A stretch of DNA of 61,432 bases, counting the filler, from Catajapyx aquilonaris (lineage: Eukaryota): NCBI GenBank assembly GCA_000934665.2. It is 3 parts of 3 records of this genome, joined end to end, with 100 filler letters (N's around TTAATTAATTAA, not from the genome) between each part and the next. Parts side by side here need not be neighbours in the genome. Positions count along the whole stretch, not along the records: positions 1 to 20,406 come from JYFJ02006259.1; positions 20,507 to 40,924 come from JYFJ02006260.1; 1 more part is not named here. One strand, given 5' to 3'. The first letter of the stretch is position 1, and each line of letters begins with the position of its first letter. The notes beneath the pieces are model-generated. The model saw only the letters and a program-made list of their open reading frames with translations, searched no databases and was not told where the DNA came from. Of the stretch, positions 12,956 through 26,186 are shown piece after piece. Both the position numbers and the translations under genes were made by a program.

Positions 12956-13306
12956 TTTTTTTTTTTTGTACCCCGTTGTAGGGCCATAGGCCCTTATAGG
13001 GGAGTGGGACACCACCATTTTTTCGTTCGATTTTCTGTATTTTTCTTCCAACTCCGGTGCAAGGACGAAAGGACATCGGGTAAGGATAGGGATTTTATTG
13101 GGGAGGGAACATAGGTGCAAGTGCAATGGCTACAAATGGGTCATGTGCTGTCCCCCAGGAGGTTAGGTTGCCAGACACCTCCTTGGTGCAGGTCAGAGAC
13201 CCTCCTGACGCAGGTGAAAGGAAAGTTCCCCCCCAGGCGGGGATCGAACCTGGGGCCTTTCACTCAGCAAGCCGTGACGTTACCATCACGGCCACCACAC
13301 CTCCCC
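12956..13306 (-). mobile_element. tRNA-derived SINE, family 1
   Basis: A box TGGCCGTGATGG, B box GGTTCGATCC, A-rich tail, 11-bp TSD GAAAAAGTGGA; highly similar to 15923-16283. Confidence 0.9.
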
Positions 13307-14932
13307 GAAAAAGTGGAAAATAAAGGATAACTATGGTAAGGATAGGCAAAGGGAAACCGGCACAGTAAAACTGGCCACGACCAGCAATCAGGGTATTCTC
13401 CCAACGACTGGCCATGAGTGTACAGAGAGTCCCCTTTTTATACTACCAAAACACAATGCATGATGCGAGTGACGGAAGAGCATGTGGGTAGAAAGGGGGG
13501 GGGGGGGACCTTGAGTGGGATACAACTCAAGGTGATCGAGAAAACAAAAAAAAGGAAGGAAAGAACTGGAATGAATGCGTGACGTACTTCTGTCACAATA
13601 TCTATATTTACTGGGTTTTGACCAATTCCACTAACCAAAAAATTCTTCCAAAAAAGGCCTCATTTGTAGCCATTTCCAGAATTTCGCGAATTTACCCCAC
13701 CTCACGCTATTGAGTAATCTATTTTATTAATACCCTACTGTGATGGGGATTCCTCCCTCTGTGTACGGCCTACAGCATTGGAAGTGATGTCAAAATTTAG
13801 CCCGCGTGTCCTATATTTGCACTAAACTTTCCTTTTTTGGAAATAGAGTCCAGGGAATTTATAAAACGCAAAAAACCGCCGACTGCCTAAAAAAACCAAG
13901 CACCACGGAGTTCCACGAAACGCCGTTCCGGCCGCGGGCGCTACCTCCGCACCGTAGTCTTACTTCAGTACTTCGCCGTCAGATGTCGCTGCCTGGTCCT
14001 CGTCTCTCTCTCTCTCTCTCTCTCTCTGCCGTCGACCTTCTCAATTTTGCCTAATTTTTTTGCCACATTTTGGCAAGTTGGTGTCTAGTATGGATGAAAC
14101 TTGATATTTAGCTTTATGGAATAGGTGTGCACTTCAGTGTTTTTTCCCCCACCAAAGTCCGAGAGGGGTCAAGCAACATTTCGACCCACTTCATTCCGAA
14201 TGACCCCAATATTTCGAGGACATTGGTTCTTTGACAGCCAGTAGATGGCATGTGCTGAGCAGTTGCGCCCTGGAGTAGGCAACTTTTACTGTGTATAGCA
14301 GGGCTACTCAACTGGCGGATCTAAGGCAATTTTGTCATGACCACGTCCGTCGGTCCGTGTCCATGCAAGGAATATCTGTAAATTCATGAATACAATGTAT
14401 GCACATGTGGTTTTCTTCAGGTTTTCTTTCTAAAACCTGCTGGGATTCACAAAGTCTCCTGATAATCCCAGCGTCGCGTCGCGATAAGATAGGCCTATCC
14501 ACACAGGAGCTTATACTATCCGTTTATTTAATATAGAGCCCTGTGTTTGACTCGAAACAACTCCCAGGCAAATTATCCCTCAAAAAATAATGGTATGTAT
14601 CGTTAGAAAGCTTGTTTAAATCCACATTACATATATGCGAGTTGTTTTCCTATCGTCAGTCTCTAATTTTTTATCGTAAAAAGAAGGCAGAAAAGTCGTG
14701 GCATTTTTTGACTAGTTGCCGACGTTACACCGCAAGGTGAATTTTTTGACACTTTCAGGAGGCCAAAAAAATCCATCTGTGAACCCTGGATAGTGCACAT
14801 CTTTGTCTATCTATGATATATAAGAGCAAAAACATTCCCTTGAGTGAAAAAAAAGGGTAGTAAGACCTCCGTGGCGGAATGAAAGTACTGAAACAAGGCA
14901 GGCGCACGTAAGACCTTCACCAATTGATTTAA

Positions 14933-15791
14933 CCCTTTGATGACGGAGTTTTTGAGGGATTGAATTACCCCCGGGCCTGAGTTCCCCCCCCCCCCCCCCN
15001 NNCCCCCCTTTCCGGAAATTTTATGACCTCACCGATTTTCTTCAAATTCGGTGCAATGGTAGCCCACCCCAAGGGATGAAAAATGCACCTATAGTTACCT
15101 GATCAAAATTACCCTGTGAACCATTTTTGAAGGGGGCAGAGGTCAAATCGGATTACCACCGGACTACCCTCGGGTTACCCCCAGGATTACTCGGATTACC
15201 CCCGGACTACTCTCATACTACCCCCAGATTACCCCTCGGACTACCGTGATTACCCCCGGACTACCTATATACGAAGGTGTACCCCTCAGTTGCTATAGTT
15301 ACTGGCTCGACGTATATAGGAACAAAAGCAATAAATGCTACCATATAATAATACAATAATGTAATAATGACAATGTTACAATAATGCAACAATACAATAA
15401 TGTAATTATAAATTAATAAATTAATAAATTGGGTCACGAGGTCATTTTGATCAGGTAACTATAAGTGCATTTTTCATCCCTTGGGGTGGGCTACCAATGG
15501 ACCGAATTTCAAGAAAATAGGCGAGGACGAAATTTTATGATTTGACCTCTGCCCCCCTCAAAATTGGGTCACGAGGTCATTTTGATCAGGTAGCTATAGG
15601 TGCGCTTGTCATCCCTTGGTATGGGCTACCAATGGACCGAATTTCAAGAAAATCGGTGAGGTTGGAATTTTTTGAGTTGAAAAATGACCCAAGTTGGCAG
15701 GGCAAATCTCAGGACATCATAATTATGATGTCCTTAGGCCCTCCAGCAATGTAATCTCGGACATCATATGATGTCCGTAGTCATCAAAGAG
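14933..15791. mobile_element. piggyBac-like non-autonomous element
   Basis: TTAA|CCCTTTGATGAC ... GTCATCAAAGAG|CTAA ends; internal inverted and duplicated segments (15010-15150 vs 15430-15670). Confidence 0.5.
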
Positions 15792-15922
15792 CTAATGATG
15801 GTATCTGGAGAAATCATGTGGACGCCATGAACAGAAATTTCCAAGCGGAACACTGTGAGACTTAATTTGTGTTCTTTTTGCCGGAAATAAACGATTTGAA
15901 GTCCGATTACTTCAGGTATATT

Positions 15923-16283
15923 GGGGAGGTGTGGTGGCCGTGATGGTAACGTCACGGCTTGCTGAGTGAAAGGCCCCAGGTTCGATCCCCGCCTGGGGAA
16001 ATTTCCTTTCACCTGCGTCAGGAGGGTCTCTGACCTGCACCAAGGAGGTGTCTGGCAACCTAACCTCCTGGGGAACAGCACATGACCCCTTTACCGACAT
16101 TGCACTTGCACCAATGTTCCCTCCCCAAAAATCCCTACCCTACATCCTTGACTCCTTGCACCGGTGAATGAAGAAAAAGTGTAATACACAGAGAAAATTG
16201 ATGGTGGTGTGCCACCCCCCAAAGAAGCCCTTGATGCCTAGCACGGGGTAAAATAAATAATAAATAAATAAATAAATAAATAA
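15923..16283 (+). mobile_element. tRNA-derived SINE, family 1
   Basis: A/B boxes, (TAAA)n tail, perfect 15-bp TSD TACTTCAGGTATATT (15908-15922, 16284-16298). Confidence 0.92.
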
Positions 16284-17434
16284 TACTTCAGGTATATTCT
16301 ATGAGAGGAACGTGTTACAAAACTTCTTTGTGATGCAAGTGCATGAAAAAGAATAATATTTCCGTCCCGGTCTATTATTTGTAAAATTGTTCATCCAATT
16401 AAGATTGGTTCCCTTAGGATAAAAATTCGATTGAAATTAATTGCCAAAGAATACAATGTAATGACATTACAAAATTATGTGGCCTTGCAGAGAGCTATAA
16501 ATTCCATGCGTGCAATTGTGCACTGTGCCATCATGATAATCCTTCATGGTAGGTTTTCTAATGCAATTTTTTGGGGGACGCTCTGGTCTGGTGGCACTGG
16601 CCCAGACAAGTGAGAAGTCCGGGATGATTCCCGGTTCTGTCACCTATACTTGGCCTGGTCTTTTTCCGCTTTTCACCACATCTTTCTTTCTACAACAGTC
16701 TGGCAGACTGGCATTTCCTTCTCTGGACAGGGCCGATAGAAAAGGGCTGGTTCATTTAATCAGGCACTTATGCGATGATTCGTGCTTATTTTCAAACCTA
16801 TAATTGGTGGTTTATAAGTTATCACATACCGTATTTTTATTTAGGTACATGCTACAGTTTGGAACATTTTACAGAGTGCTGGTGCAAGAAAGAGTTATGG
16901 TTATTTTTACATCAGATATCGTACAGTTCATTGAGAGAGAAAACAGAATCCCGAGAAGTGAATGTGTCCATGATTGTTGCATTCAATGGTTTTTTTCTTC
17001 TTCTTCACTTTAAACGAATTTATGGAATGAACAATCCAAAACTTTTCACCCAGCCTTTTCTTGAACTGGGAACTTGGGCAGTGAAAAACCCTGTATACAC
17101 TGTAAAACACAATGAAATATCTCAATGCAAAGGAGCCTAAGTAATTGTGGACTCTGTAGTTGGAGGACAACAGCAACAGATAACATTAAAATTAGATTTG
17201 ACATTATAGTTTTGCCCCTTCTCGAAATGACAAGACCCTAATTATTAGATACAAATTCTGTAACCAATACCGGTACCTGTATTAATTATGTGAGGGACAC
17301 GTTGTCTAGTTGTTACGCTCATTATAGCCCAGGAGAACTCGGAGAACTTCACATGACATGTTAGTGCTATACCAGAAAGACCAGAAGCATTACCCACATC
17401 ATCGCCATTATCAGTGTGGGTTTATATTAAATAC

Positions 17435-17750
17435 TTTTTTTTTTGCTACCCCGTGCTAGACCATATGTTCTGCATTATCTTTACATTTTTCTTCTAACTC
17501 CGGTGCAGGGAATCTAGGACATTGGGTAAGGATACCGATTTTTTGGGAGGGAACACGGGTGCAAGTGAGTTGTCATTATGTATGGGTCATGTGCAGTCAC
17601 CCAGGAGTTTCGGTTGCCAGACACCTCCAAGGTGCGGATCAAAGACCCTCACTGACGCAGGTGAAAGGGAGCTCCCAGGCGGGGATCGAACCTGGGACCT
17701 TTCACTCAGCAAGCCGAGACGTTACCATCTCGGCCACCGCAGCTCCCCAC
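17435..17750 (-). mobile_element. tRNA-derived SINE, family 1 (diverged copy)
   Basis: Homologous to 15923-16283, with a poly(A) tail and imperfect TSD TATTAAA(T/G)AC. Confidence 0.85.
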
Positions 17751-17963
17751 TATTAAAGACATTCCACTTAATTGATAATTGATACAATTAGGCCAGTTTA
17801 CAATCATGTCACGCTATTTAATACTTGTAATGCAGTGGGGTGACAGGTGAATAATTATTGCAAGACTGTCACGTTATGGGGCTTATTGCATGTTAATGGA
17901 TGTGTGTTTTGAAGAAACCTTAAAGGCCAAGAATCGGCTTCTACCGATAAAAGAGCAATAATT

Positions 17964-19188
17964 GAAGGGGTCGGTGCAATACTGCCCTAACCCTCCCAAA
18001 CCTGATTTCGAGAAAAACGCATTTGAAAGTTTGAGATGACCCATAAATCACATTTTCCATGGGACAATTTTCATTTCTACCCCAATATACAAGGCACTAA
18101 TAAGGAACATTTACGTGCTATTATGATGATGATGATGCACCACCCACTCTAAGAATGAACAAAATAAGGTGGCCGCGTGTGAAAAAATGGCTTAGGGCAG
18201 TATTGCACCCAACTTGCAATGCGAACTAAATTGGTCAAGAACGTATCACAAGTTAGTTTAATGTTCATATAAATGATATCAAATGAACTGTCGTGAGACG
18301 AGGAACATTTTGGTGGCAACTGGTTTAACCTAGATTGTAAAATAAAAATGTTAAAAAATAATCGCATTATTGAGCAAAACGGACACATTTCATATTGTCC
18401 AATGTCATGGTTAAACACATGCTAAGGGTGTGGAATTAATATGGTAGGTATACATTGTCATCTGATCATTACTATACTGTCGAAGGACAGCATCACAGGT
18501 CAAGCAGTCTTGGAAATAAAACTTCTGAAATGTCTGTTTTCCACTAATTTGGTCATCTTTGGGATCATTTTTCTCAGTGTGGGGCTGGGTCAATTTTTAA
18601 GTTATCGCAGAAACGTCTTTTCATGCATAACATAGCGGTATAATAACTGTTCACTTACCATGAATGGTTCACTCGCAACATCAAATAACGTGGAGTAGCC
18701 TATAGAGGGCTTTTTCCGACATTTCAGATTTATTATCTCCAAGTCTGCTTGACCTTGATGTTGTCCTGCAGTAGTAATGACTACTGATGATCAGATGACA
18801 ATGTACCTACCATATTAATTACACACGCTTAGCATGTATTTAACAATGACATTGGACCATATGAAATGTGTCCGTTTTGCACAATAATGCGATTTTTTTA
18901 GCAATTTAATTTTACAATCTATAGGCTAACCCGTTGCCACCAAAATGTTCCTCATCTTACGTCAGTTCATTTGATATAATATGAACATGAGGGTACAACA
19001 ATAACTTTACCTGAATAATGGTCCTTTCGGCTCCATTGTTGCTGAAAGACGTTGCCATATCTCCGTGGGATTTTCACCTGGGAGGCTCTTAACTTTATTT
19101 TTGGCAACACTTCAATGATTTTTATATCAAATTATGAGATGGTCGAGCCACCAAGTTGTCTGTCTTGACGTGGAATGACCCAACTACG

Positions 19189-19242
<54 letters not shown>

Positions 19243-19655
19243 TTTATTTTTATTTTTATTTTTATTTTTATTATTTTTATTTTGCTGCAATGGACTACTA
19301 CTTTGCCCATCATCATTATCAGGATCCAACTCTGAATCTTTGGTACTCTCATCCTCATCGGTGTCATCAGACATATGCTCACTATTTATTAAGCCCAACT
19401 CGTGAGACACAGCTGCTCGCAGCTGCATCCTGCGCGCTGCAATATTTGAAGACGGAGGGTTAGGGCGGTTTTGCTGCAGAAAAGGCATTCATAACCTTGG
19501 AGCAATAAAAACATTGTTTGATTTCTCACCGACAAATGGCAGAAACTGGACAATCTCAGTGTACTTTATTAGATATTTGAGTGTAGTATATGGAAGTGCG
19601 CGAAACTCAATTTGTGTCATTTGGTGGGTTAGGGCAGTATTGCACCGACCCCTTC
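17964..19655. mobile_element. Sola-like non-autonomous DNA transposon with nested insertion and (TTA)n microsatellite
   Basis: Perfect TIRs GAAGGGGTCGGTGCAATACTGCCCTAACCC with an AATT duplication on both sides; internal inverted repeat ~18270-18500 / 18775-18980; acidic ORF remnant on the minus strand at 19280-19488. Confidence 0.75.
19189..19282 (+). repeat. (TTA)n/(TTTTTA)n microsatellite
   Basis: Seen directly. Confidence 0.95.
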
Positions 19656-20142
19656 AATTGTTTCATGAAAGTAGACTATGTTAATTAACATTTTAGCTTC
19701 TGCATATTACACCGTTAGTAATAGCCTAAAAGAGCAAAGAGTGCTGAGGAAATTATTTGGTGCTAGTAATTTTAAATTACTCAATTTCACTACAGAGTAA
19801 AAGCCCATAAATAATTACCGTACGCATTACGCTTTTAATATAATTATGTGGTATAATTATAACGGAATGCATTTAACAAAATAATATTTGCCCTTCCCCT
19901 CCAATGCCAGCCACGTGCCATCTCAAAAGGGAAGGTCACGGGGTGATAATGACGGATCTTGATAAAATTTAACATGCTAATACAGGACAATATAATTATG
20001 ATACCCAAAAATGAACTATTTCGTGCGGAGGCCCGTATTTGCAAAAGTTATGACGTCTTAAAGTTCCAAAAATAATACATTTTCATTCATAATGGGATTA
20101 CATTAGCGACCACATATGATGACATTGAAGTGTGTAATCAGT

Positions 20143-20634
20143 TTCTACACTTTTTCTCATCGGAAAGAAGTCCTACAGAACGGCTCTGTCCGTCCGTCCG
20201 TCTGTGGACGGGTATCAAGGCCTAAACCGTAAGAGATACAGAGCCGTTATGTAGGACTTTTTTCCGATGAGACAAAGTGTAGAAACTGATTACACGCTTC
20301 AATGTGGTCTTAAGAGGGCCGGGTACCTGGCGTTCGCGCCACTTTTCAGGCAAAGCGAGGAGAAAAACGGGTGCGGATTCATCGTCTTCGTTCGACATAT
20401 CCTCGCNNNNNNNNNNNNNNNNNNNNNNNNNNNNNNNNNNNNNNNNNNNNTTAATTAATTAANNNNNNNNNNNNNNNNNNNNNNNNNNNNNNNNNNNNNN
20501 NNNNNNTGCAAAAGTCGACTTTTTGCCAAGTCCAAAACGGCTCCAGGGAAAACTCTCATGGCGGCTCTCTGTGCGTGAAAATTTGTTTTCCCTTCATTCA
20601 TTTCTTCCCGGGCAACGCCGGGTGCCGCAGCTAG
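20143..20634 (+). mobile_element. Helitron-type non-autonomous element (spans an assembly gap)
   Basis: 3' hairpin CCCGGGCAACGCCGGG followed by CTAG|T at 20631-20635; upstream inverted repeat 20143-20305 with a (GTCC)n core. The 5' end is uncertain. Confidence 0.5.
20407..20506. other. Assembly gap (N run with TTAATTAATTAA spacer)
   Basis: N tracts flank an artificial-looking spacer; the same structure occurs at 40925-41024. Confidence 0.95.
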
Positions 20635-20696
20635 TATGTAATAAAAATCCATTGCTTTCTCATTCATAACTTCCAAAGTTCAGAGTTCCAAAGAAG

Positions 20697-20840
20697 ACTA
20701 TGGTACTCAATTAGTTTTGGCCACTTTATCCTGGTCTTGAAGCAACCCCTCACACGCACACCTGCTCACCGTGGGGCATGTGCGAAGGGTTGCTTCACAA
20801 CCAGGATGAAGTGACCAAAACTAATTGAGCCCCATAGTAC
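20697..20840. mobile_element. Small hairpin MITE
   Basis: ACTATGGTACTCAATTAGTTTTGGCCACTT... and ...AAGTGACCAAAACTAATTGAGCCCCATAGT are inverted. Confidence 0.65.
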
Positions 20841-21921
20841 GTAATTAAAAACTACGAAAGATGCTGTTGGTGCATCCGGATGCCGGGTTAACAGCTCTAT
20901 CAGAAATACAGGATGTTTTGTAATGATTCATATACAAACGTTTAGGGCATCAGGTTACACTAAGATGTGATGCAGCTCACATTTTCCTGATTACATTTCA
21001 GAGGAAAATAAATTTCATAGGCGCATTCTTCTCGTGTTTCTCTTTCATTTGATGTAAGTTATATGTTGATTGGGTTTTGACCACTTCCACTATAACCGAA
21101 AAAAATATCCAAAAAAGGGCCCTATTTCCAAAGTTTCGCGATTTTTTCCCCTCCCCACGGTGTTTTGCAATTTGGCTGAAACTTGATATGCAGTGATACA
21201 GCTGCGATTTTATTCAACAAAATCCGAGATTGTCTAGCAACATTTAGGACCACTTGATTGGGAAAAACCCCTATATTTGAGGATTTTGGTTTTTTGACTG
21301 CCCCGAGGTCAAAAACAAATCGAAGACAAAATGAATGCCCATTATGAGTTACGATACTTATGAATGATCTAAGTGACCATGTACAAAAATATCGTGTTGC
21401 ATAGTGTTATCACTATGCAGAAGTTTCATTTCATCTCCACAGCGTCTTTACTGGAAAAATTATTATAATTAAACTGAGTGTATTTAAATAAACTGCAACC
21501 TCCTATACAGAACTACCACCATATTAATTTGCGATATACGGTACTGTATAGTATGTGGTGGATTAATGTCGTGTTAGCTCTAAGCCTGACTTGTCAAAAC
21601 TGAGAATTTTAAAAACATTTCCCCTAGTTACTCCTGTTGCTTCACCTTCAAGCATACACGGTTGGAAATCTCATGAAAGCAAATTAAGTTGATCCTGATT
21701 GTTGCGTTTGTTTCAACCAGTGTGTGGTGGAAAATGTCCCATTTCTGTAGACCATTACAGTAGCATAATGACAACGACGGAGAGAAGAAAAACAAAACTG
21801 TTTGTCATTTTTATTGGTAATAGACCGAGCTATATAGCAGTGCTTATCATTGCCAGTAGTACTACTAGTACTTTAATTGATATTTAAGGAGGTTGGCCCA
21901 GCATTTGCCATTCAACCTCCA

Positions 21922-22101
21922 AGGATAGGGAAGGAAGGAAGCGGCTGTGGCCTATTATACGGAAGTGACCCCGGAATTATCCTAGAAAGACCGTGGAAAA
22001 CCACAGAAAACCACGGTCAAGGTTGCCGGCCCCGGGATTAGAACGCAGGACCTCCCGATTAGCAGTCGGACGCCTTATCCACTATGCCAACCTGCTTCGG
22101 T
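21922..22101 (-). mobile_element. tRNA-derived SINE, family 4 (5' part only)
   Basis: tRNA-like head TGGCATAGTGGATAAGGCG...GCGTTCTAATCCC; homologous to 33050-33230. Confidence 0.75.
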
Positions 22102-22115
22102 CAGTACTACTAGTA

Positions 22116-22455
22116 CAGTGCTGGACAAATTAGCCGTAGCTGAATGTTTTTTTCCGTCGGCGACGGCGCTGCGTTACCTGGCAACCCCGTCCGGCAGGCC
22201 AATTCAAACACCAGCATATGGAGAGTGCTTCCATTGTTGCCACTGTTTACAAATCGAGTGAGTGACGCGGGCGACCCAGCGACGGGTCTCTTCTGCCTGC
22301 GCACTCACTCACTCGATTTGTAAACAGTGGCAACAATGGAAGTACTCTCCATATGCTGGTGTTTGAATTGGCCTTCCGGACGGGGTTGCCAGGTAACGCA
22401 GCGCCGTCGCCGACAGAAAAAAAACATTCAGCTACGGCTAATTTGTACAGCACTT
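22116..22455. mobile_element. Tc1/mariner-type hairpin MITE
   Basis: TA|CAGTGCTG... with ~150-bp near-perfect inverted arms and a short spacer, closing ...CAGCACTT|TA. Confidence 0.8.
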
Positions 22456-23498
22456 TATCTTCTCTAGGTGGAAGTGAGATGGACAAAATTAAACAATAAG
22501 TTTATTCATGATCTATGGAGTTGGGTCATACTTAGGTTCACTAGGGATTTTTTGGGGAATTTTGTGGACTGCAATACAAACAATGCCTGCACGCCGTACT
22601 TGTGAGTATAATATTGCCTATATGTTTACCGCAACAACAAAACGAAACTCAAGATGGTTAACAATAAATCTAAACAAACTGTATAAATAATAATAAAATT
22701 ATTATAATGCTCCTCATTGTGATGCATATTATTATTATAGCAAATAATGGTTATGTTCTATTTGTTTTCATTTAGGACCATAACCCGCAGCACACAAATA
22801 AAGGTCGTCGCTTTCTATTGCAGTTAACCAAGTCGCACATTCAAGCACTTGACAGGTTTGTGACCTGGTATTGTTGGTTTTTCGGAAAGAAATGTCCCGC
22901 GAGAGGGTAACCTCAGAAGCTGCCCACGGGCCAATTTCCCAACTCTTTTTAGCGGAAAAGCGAGAAGTGATAGGTAGTATTATTTGTACCGGAAGCCCCC
23001 AAAGTAACCAAAGGTGTTCGGGGAAATTGGCTCCGTTCAAACGTCAGAAAAAATAAATAGTATAAGAAAGGCAACCTCCACATATTGACTATAAAACCAG
23101 TTTCATTTACTATTGATTGTCGTGAAGCAATATTTCATAAAATAATACTGATGTTGACAAATCTTTTACGTTTATAAGTTGATCAAGCTTTTTTCGATCA
23201 AGTGCACAATACTTTCCACTTATAACTTGTTGACATTCCCTTTGCATTGCATATACAGTATATCAAACCGGTTATTTATATCCCTCGTCAATATTCTTCC
23301 GGTTATAGACGCATAAACCCATCTACGTCATACATAGTTTCAAAACCCCTTTTCCGGTGTGGAAAAAAAATGGATTGCCCCCTAGAGGTCACTCAACACA
23401 CTAAAAGCAAGGTGCAGCACCTTACATTTTTTTTTATATTGAAAATAAAAAAAATAAAAGAAAGAGCTAAAAAGTGCGCAGGTGGGGTAGCATGACGG

Positions 23499-23753
23499 TG
23501 ACGTTGACGTGGAAGCCACTCCCAATGGCGTCAGTTATTGGTTGGCGCCGCCAAACTTGAAAGTGGTGCCCTGCGTGTCTATAAAAGCGCGGGTATGAAT
23601 TCGAAAGTCCGGAATATCCGGTAACAAGAGATGTAGACTTTTTCTTAGGGGTATACAGAAGACGGCGATACTTCGGGAGGCCGCGATGCTTCTTGTGCGA
23701 CGGGGTACTTGTGCTGGTTGTTATTGAAGATAAGTCACCATTCGGGCTATAAG
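23499..23753 (+). promoter_or_regulatory. Putative Pol II promoter and non-coding first exon (probably of the dilp7 ortholog)
   Basis: Two TGACGT (23499-23510), CCAAT 23522-23526, ATTGG 23537-23541, TATAAAAG at 23580, donor AAG|GTAGGT at 23754. The dilp7 ATG directly follows an acceptor, so an upstream exon is expected. Confidence 0.55.
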
Positions 23754-25454
23754 GTAGGTGGAAATCGATCCATTTTTCAAGTGAGTGGTACACGACAGGT
23801 GTCGTGCTGGGTTATTAATCACACTATGAGGGATGTATTGCGACCGATTTTTGTGATTTATGACAGTTGCGACTCTAAAATTCAGAAATATCTCTCGGTT
23901 ACAATTTGCCCAATGTCTCTCATTTTATGTAGGCCTACTTTTATTATTGCTCATAATTACATCTAGGTGATAAGAATGTTAATTTTATTATGGCATAAAG
24001 AGACACTAATAATAATTAATATTGCGGAGGTTAGAGAGTCATACATTGTAAAAAATTTCATGACATTCTCGACAGATTATTGAAAAGGTTTCCGAGATTA
24101 CTCGGGAAACACTCAAATCAGATTCATTGCCCCAAAAGTTTGCAACCTTCCACAGTGGTGGAAAGATGTTTTGAGAATTTTAATGTAAAAATGATATGAA
24201 TAATCAGGAGGAACAACTATACTATATACGAGATAATTAAGTGATAACGACAATATTGTTGAATAATATGTCGCTAAAGACATAAGACCCTAAAGTAGTT
24301 GCCCTTAGAAAGGTTCATGCCCCGGGTAGTCTTGTTCCAAGTATTTAATTTTTTTGGTATAGTTCATGAATGATTCTGTGAGTTACTTTCGGATCACCCT
24401 GTATAACATTAGCAAGCAAGTAATTATAAAAGTTGGTACCATCGGTGTAATTATAAGTATGACATGCAATGTAGGGCATTGTTTCAATCCATATACTTGT
24501 TCTGATACATTACAGCAAATTGTGCACTGCACTGCTGCCTTCCCAAAATGAGAGGTAATAGTGTAGGACTAAAAGCGTTAAAAATGTAAATTCACTTTAG
24601 TTTGCAAAACCACATCACAGCCAACAATAATTCTTTGTCCTGTAATGTTTATTAATGCTAAACCTATACTGTGTACTACTCATAACCAAGGGTATAATAT
24701 AATTACACGGCATGAAAAGCAGCATCCCTATACTGTTTACAAAATAGTCTATAGACCAGTGGGTCGCGACCCCCAAGGGGGGTCACAAAGTCTTTTCCGG
24801 GTGGTCGCGCTTTTTATAAATTAAAAAATAACTAAAATTAAAATATTTTAGAGGAAATTTCTTCACGGAGGTTTTTTCAACACCTACTAGTAACACTCCG
24901 GGGGGTCGCAGGTTACTTGACTATCATCAAAGGGGGTCGCGACCCGAAAAAGGTTAGGACCTGCTATACACAGTTGCATATTCTTAAAAAAAAACATATT
25001 GTGCTGCCTCCTATTATAATAAAACTATAATTCACTGCCCTGAACTACTTTTTACCCTTCTCTAAAATTGACTCACCAACTCCCACATTGTTGCACTGCA
25101 AACTACACCAGAGCTCCTACACTGCAGACCTTAATGCAATTAGAGGCCCTTTACCAGAGGGCTCGTGGACGACAAAAAAAAAAACCCCCATCTACAGGTT
25201 TTCTCCTAGCATTTATATAGCCTCGGCTGCTTTATTAGGCAAGGAATGTGTTTGAACTGTTCTTTTCTTTGGCCTATAATGGAAAAGTGATGTACTTGCC
25301 GGCTCCCAAGAAATCGAATCGAGGGGACCACCTGTTGAAGCACATTCAACAAGTTCCTCGTATTCCACCTATTCAGTTATTAATATAATCATGTAGATTT
25401 ATGATATCCTTTGGAAATGAGCTGCTCGGTCGTTAAGTATAATCATAATATTCG

Positions 25455-25720
25455 AGGCATGGTGGTCTGGTGGTTTACGCCACTGGCCAGCCAAGCGGGA
25501 GGCCGGGGTTCAAATCCCGTCCCGTCACCTCTGCTTGGCCGGGTCTTCTTTCGCTTTTCACCCGACATGCCGGGGCAGAATTGCACTACTCTGCCCAGGG
25601 CCAGGAGAAATGGTATTTCAGAAAGTGAGAAATTACTATAATTACAGCGCCCTCCCTCGGGAACCTCCCCTTCCCCCTTGAAAGGGCTCCGCCCTATCAC
25701 GGGGTAAATTTAAAAAATAA
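25455..25720 (+). mobile_element. tRNA-derived SINE, family 3
   Basis: TGGTCTGGTGG A-box-like motif, GGTTCAAATCC B box, tail CACGGGGTAAATTTAAAAAA. Confidence 0.75.
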
Positions 25721-26042
25721 ACCAAAAAATATAAAATCATATTTTTAAGAAAGACAAATCTGGATTAGTATTAGTACTTTCTAGAAGTCGACACGATCTA
25801 TATTGATGTTGAGTAAACGTGTGGGTTGGAAGGACGAGTTCTCAGAAGATTCTGATCTTTTATGCGTAGAAAGAGCAATATCTATGCTTAGAATGTAGAG
25901 TTTCCAGAAAATATGACATATCACTGGCTCTAGATTCCGGAACTACACAAAGAGCTGATTAGATGCCAATTCAGCATAATTATAACTGCACAAAACAGAA
26001 AGTGGAAAAATGGCTTTGATTTCAAAATAATGAACTCTTTCT

Positions 26043-26186
26043 AACCTTGAAAGTGGTCAATACCAAAAATGAGTTATAATAACTCTACTAACTCTTTCGG
26101 AGGATGAAATGAACTGAAGGAGTTGTTTTAACTCCAGCGAAAAAGTTATTATAACGCATTTTTGGTATTGACCACTTTCAAGGTTA
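26043..26186. repeat. Inverted repeat (probable MITE remnant)
   Basis: AACCTTGAAAGTGGTCAATACCAAAAATG / CATTTTTGGTATTGACCACTTTCAAGGTT. Confidence 0.7.

Noticed and set aside
15923..16000. tRNA-like sequences (also 22030-22101, 25455-25530, 45430-45500, 45723-45800, 59560-59637, 61004-61080) as tRNA genes
   Set aside because: Acceptor stems are imperfect and most continue into shared bodies with tails and TSDs, so they are SINE heads.
19122..19488. Poly-Asn/Ile/Leu ORFs
   Set aside because: Translation artefacts of the (TTA)n microsatellite inside a transposon.
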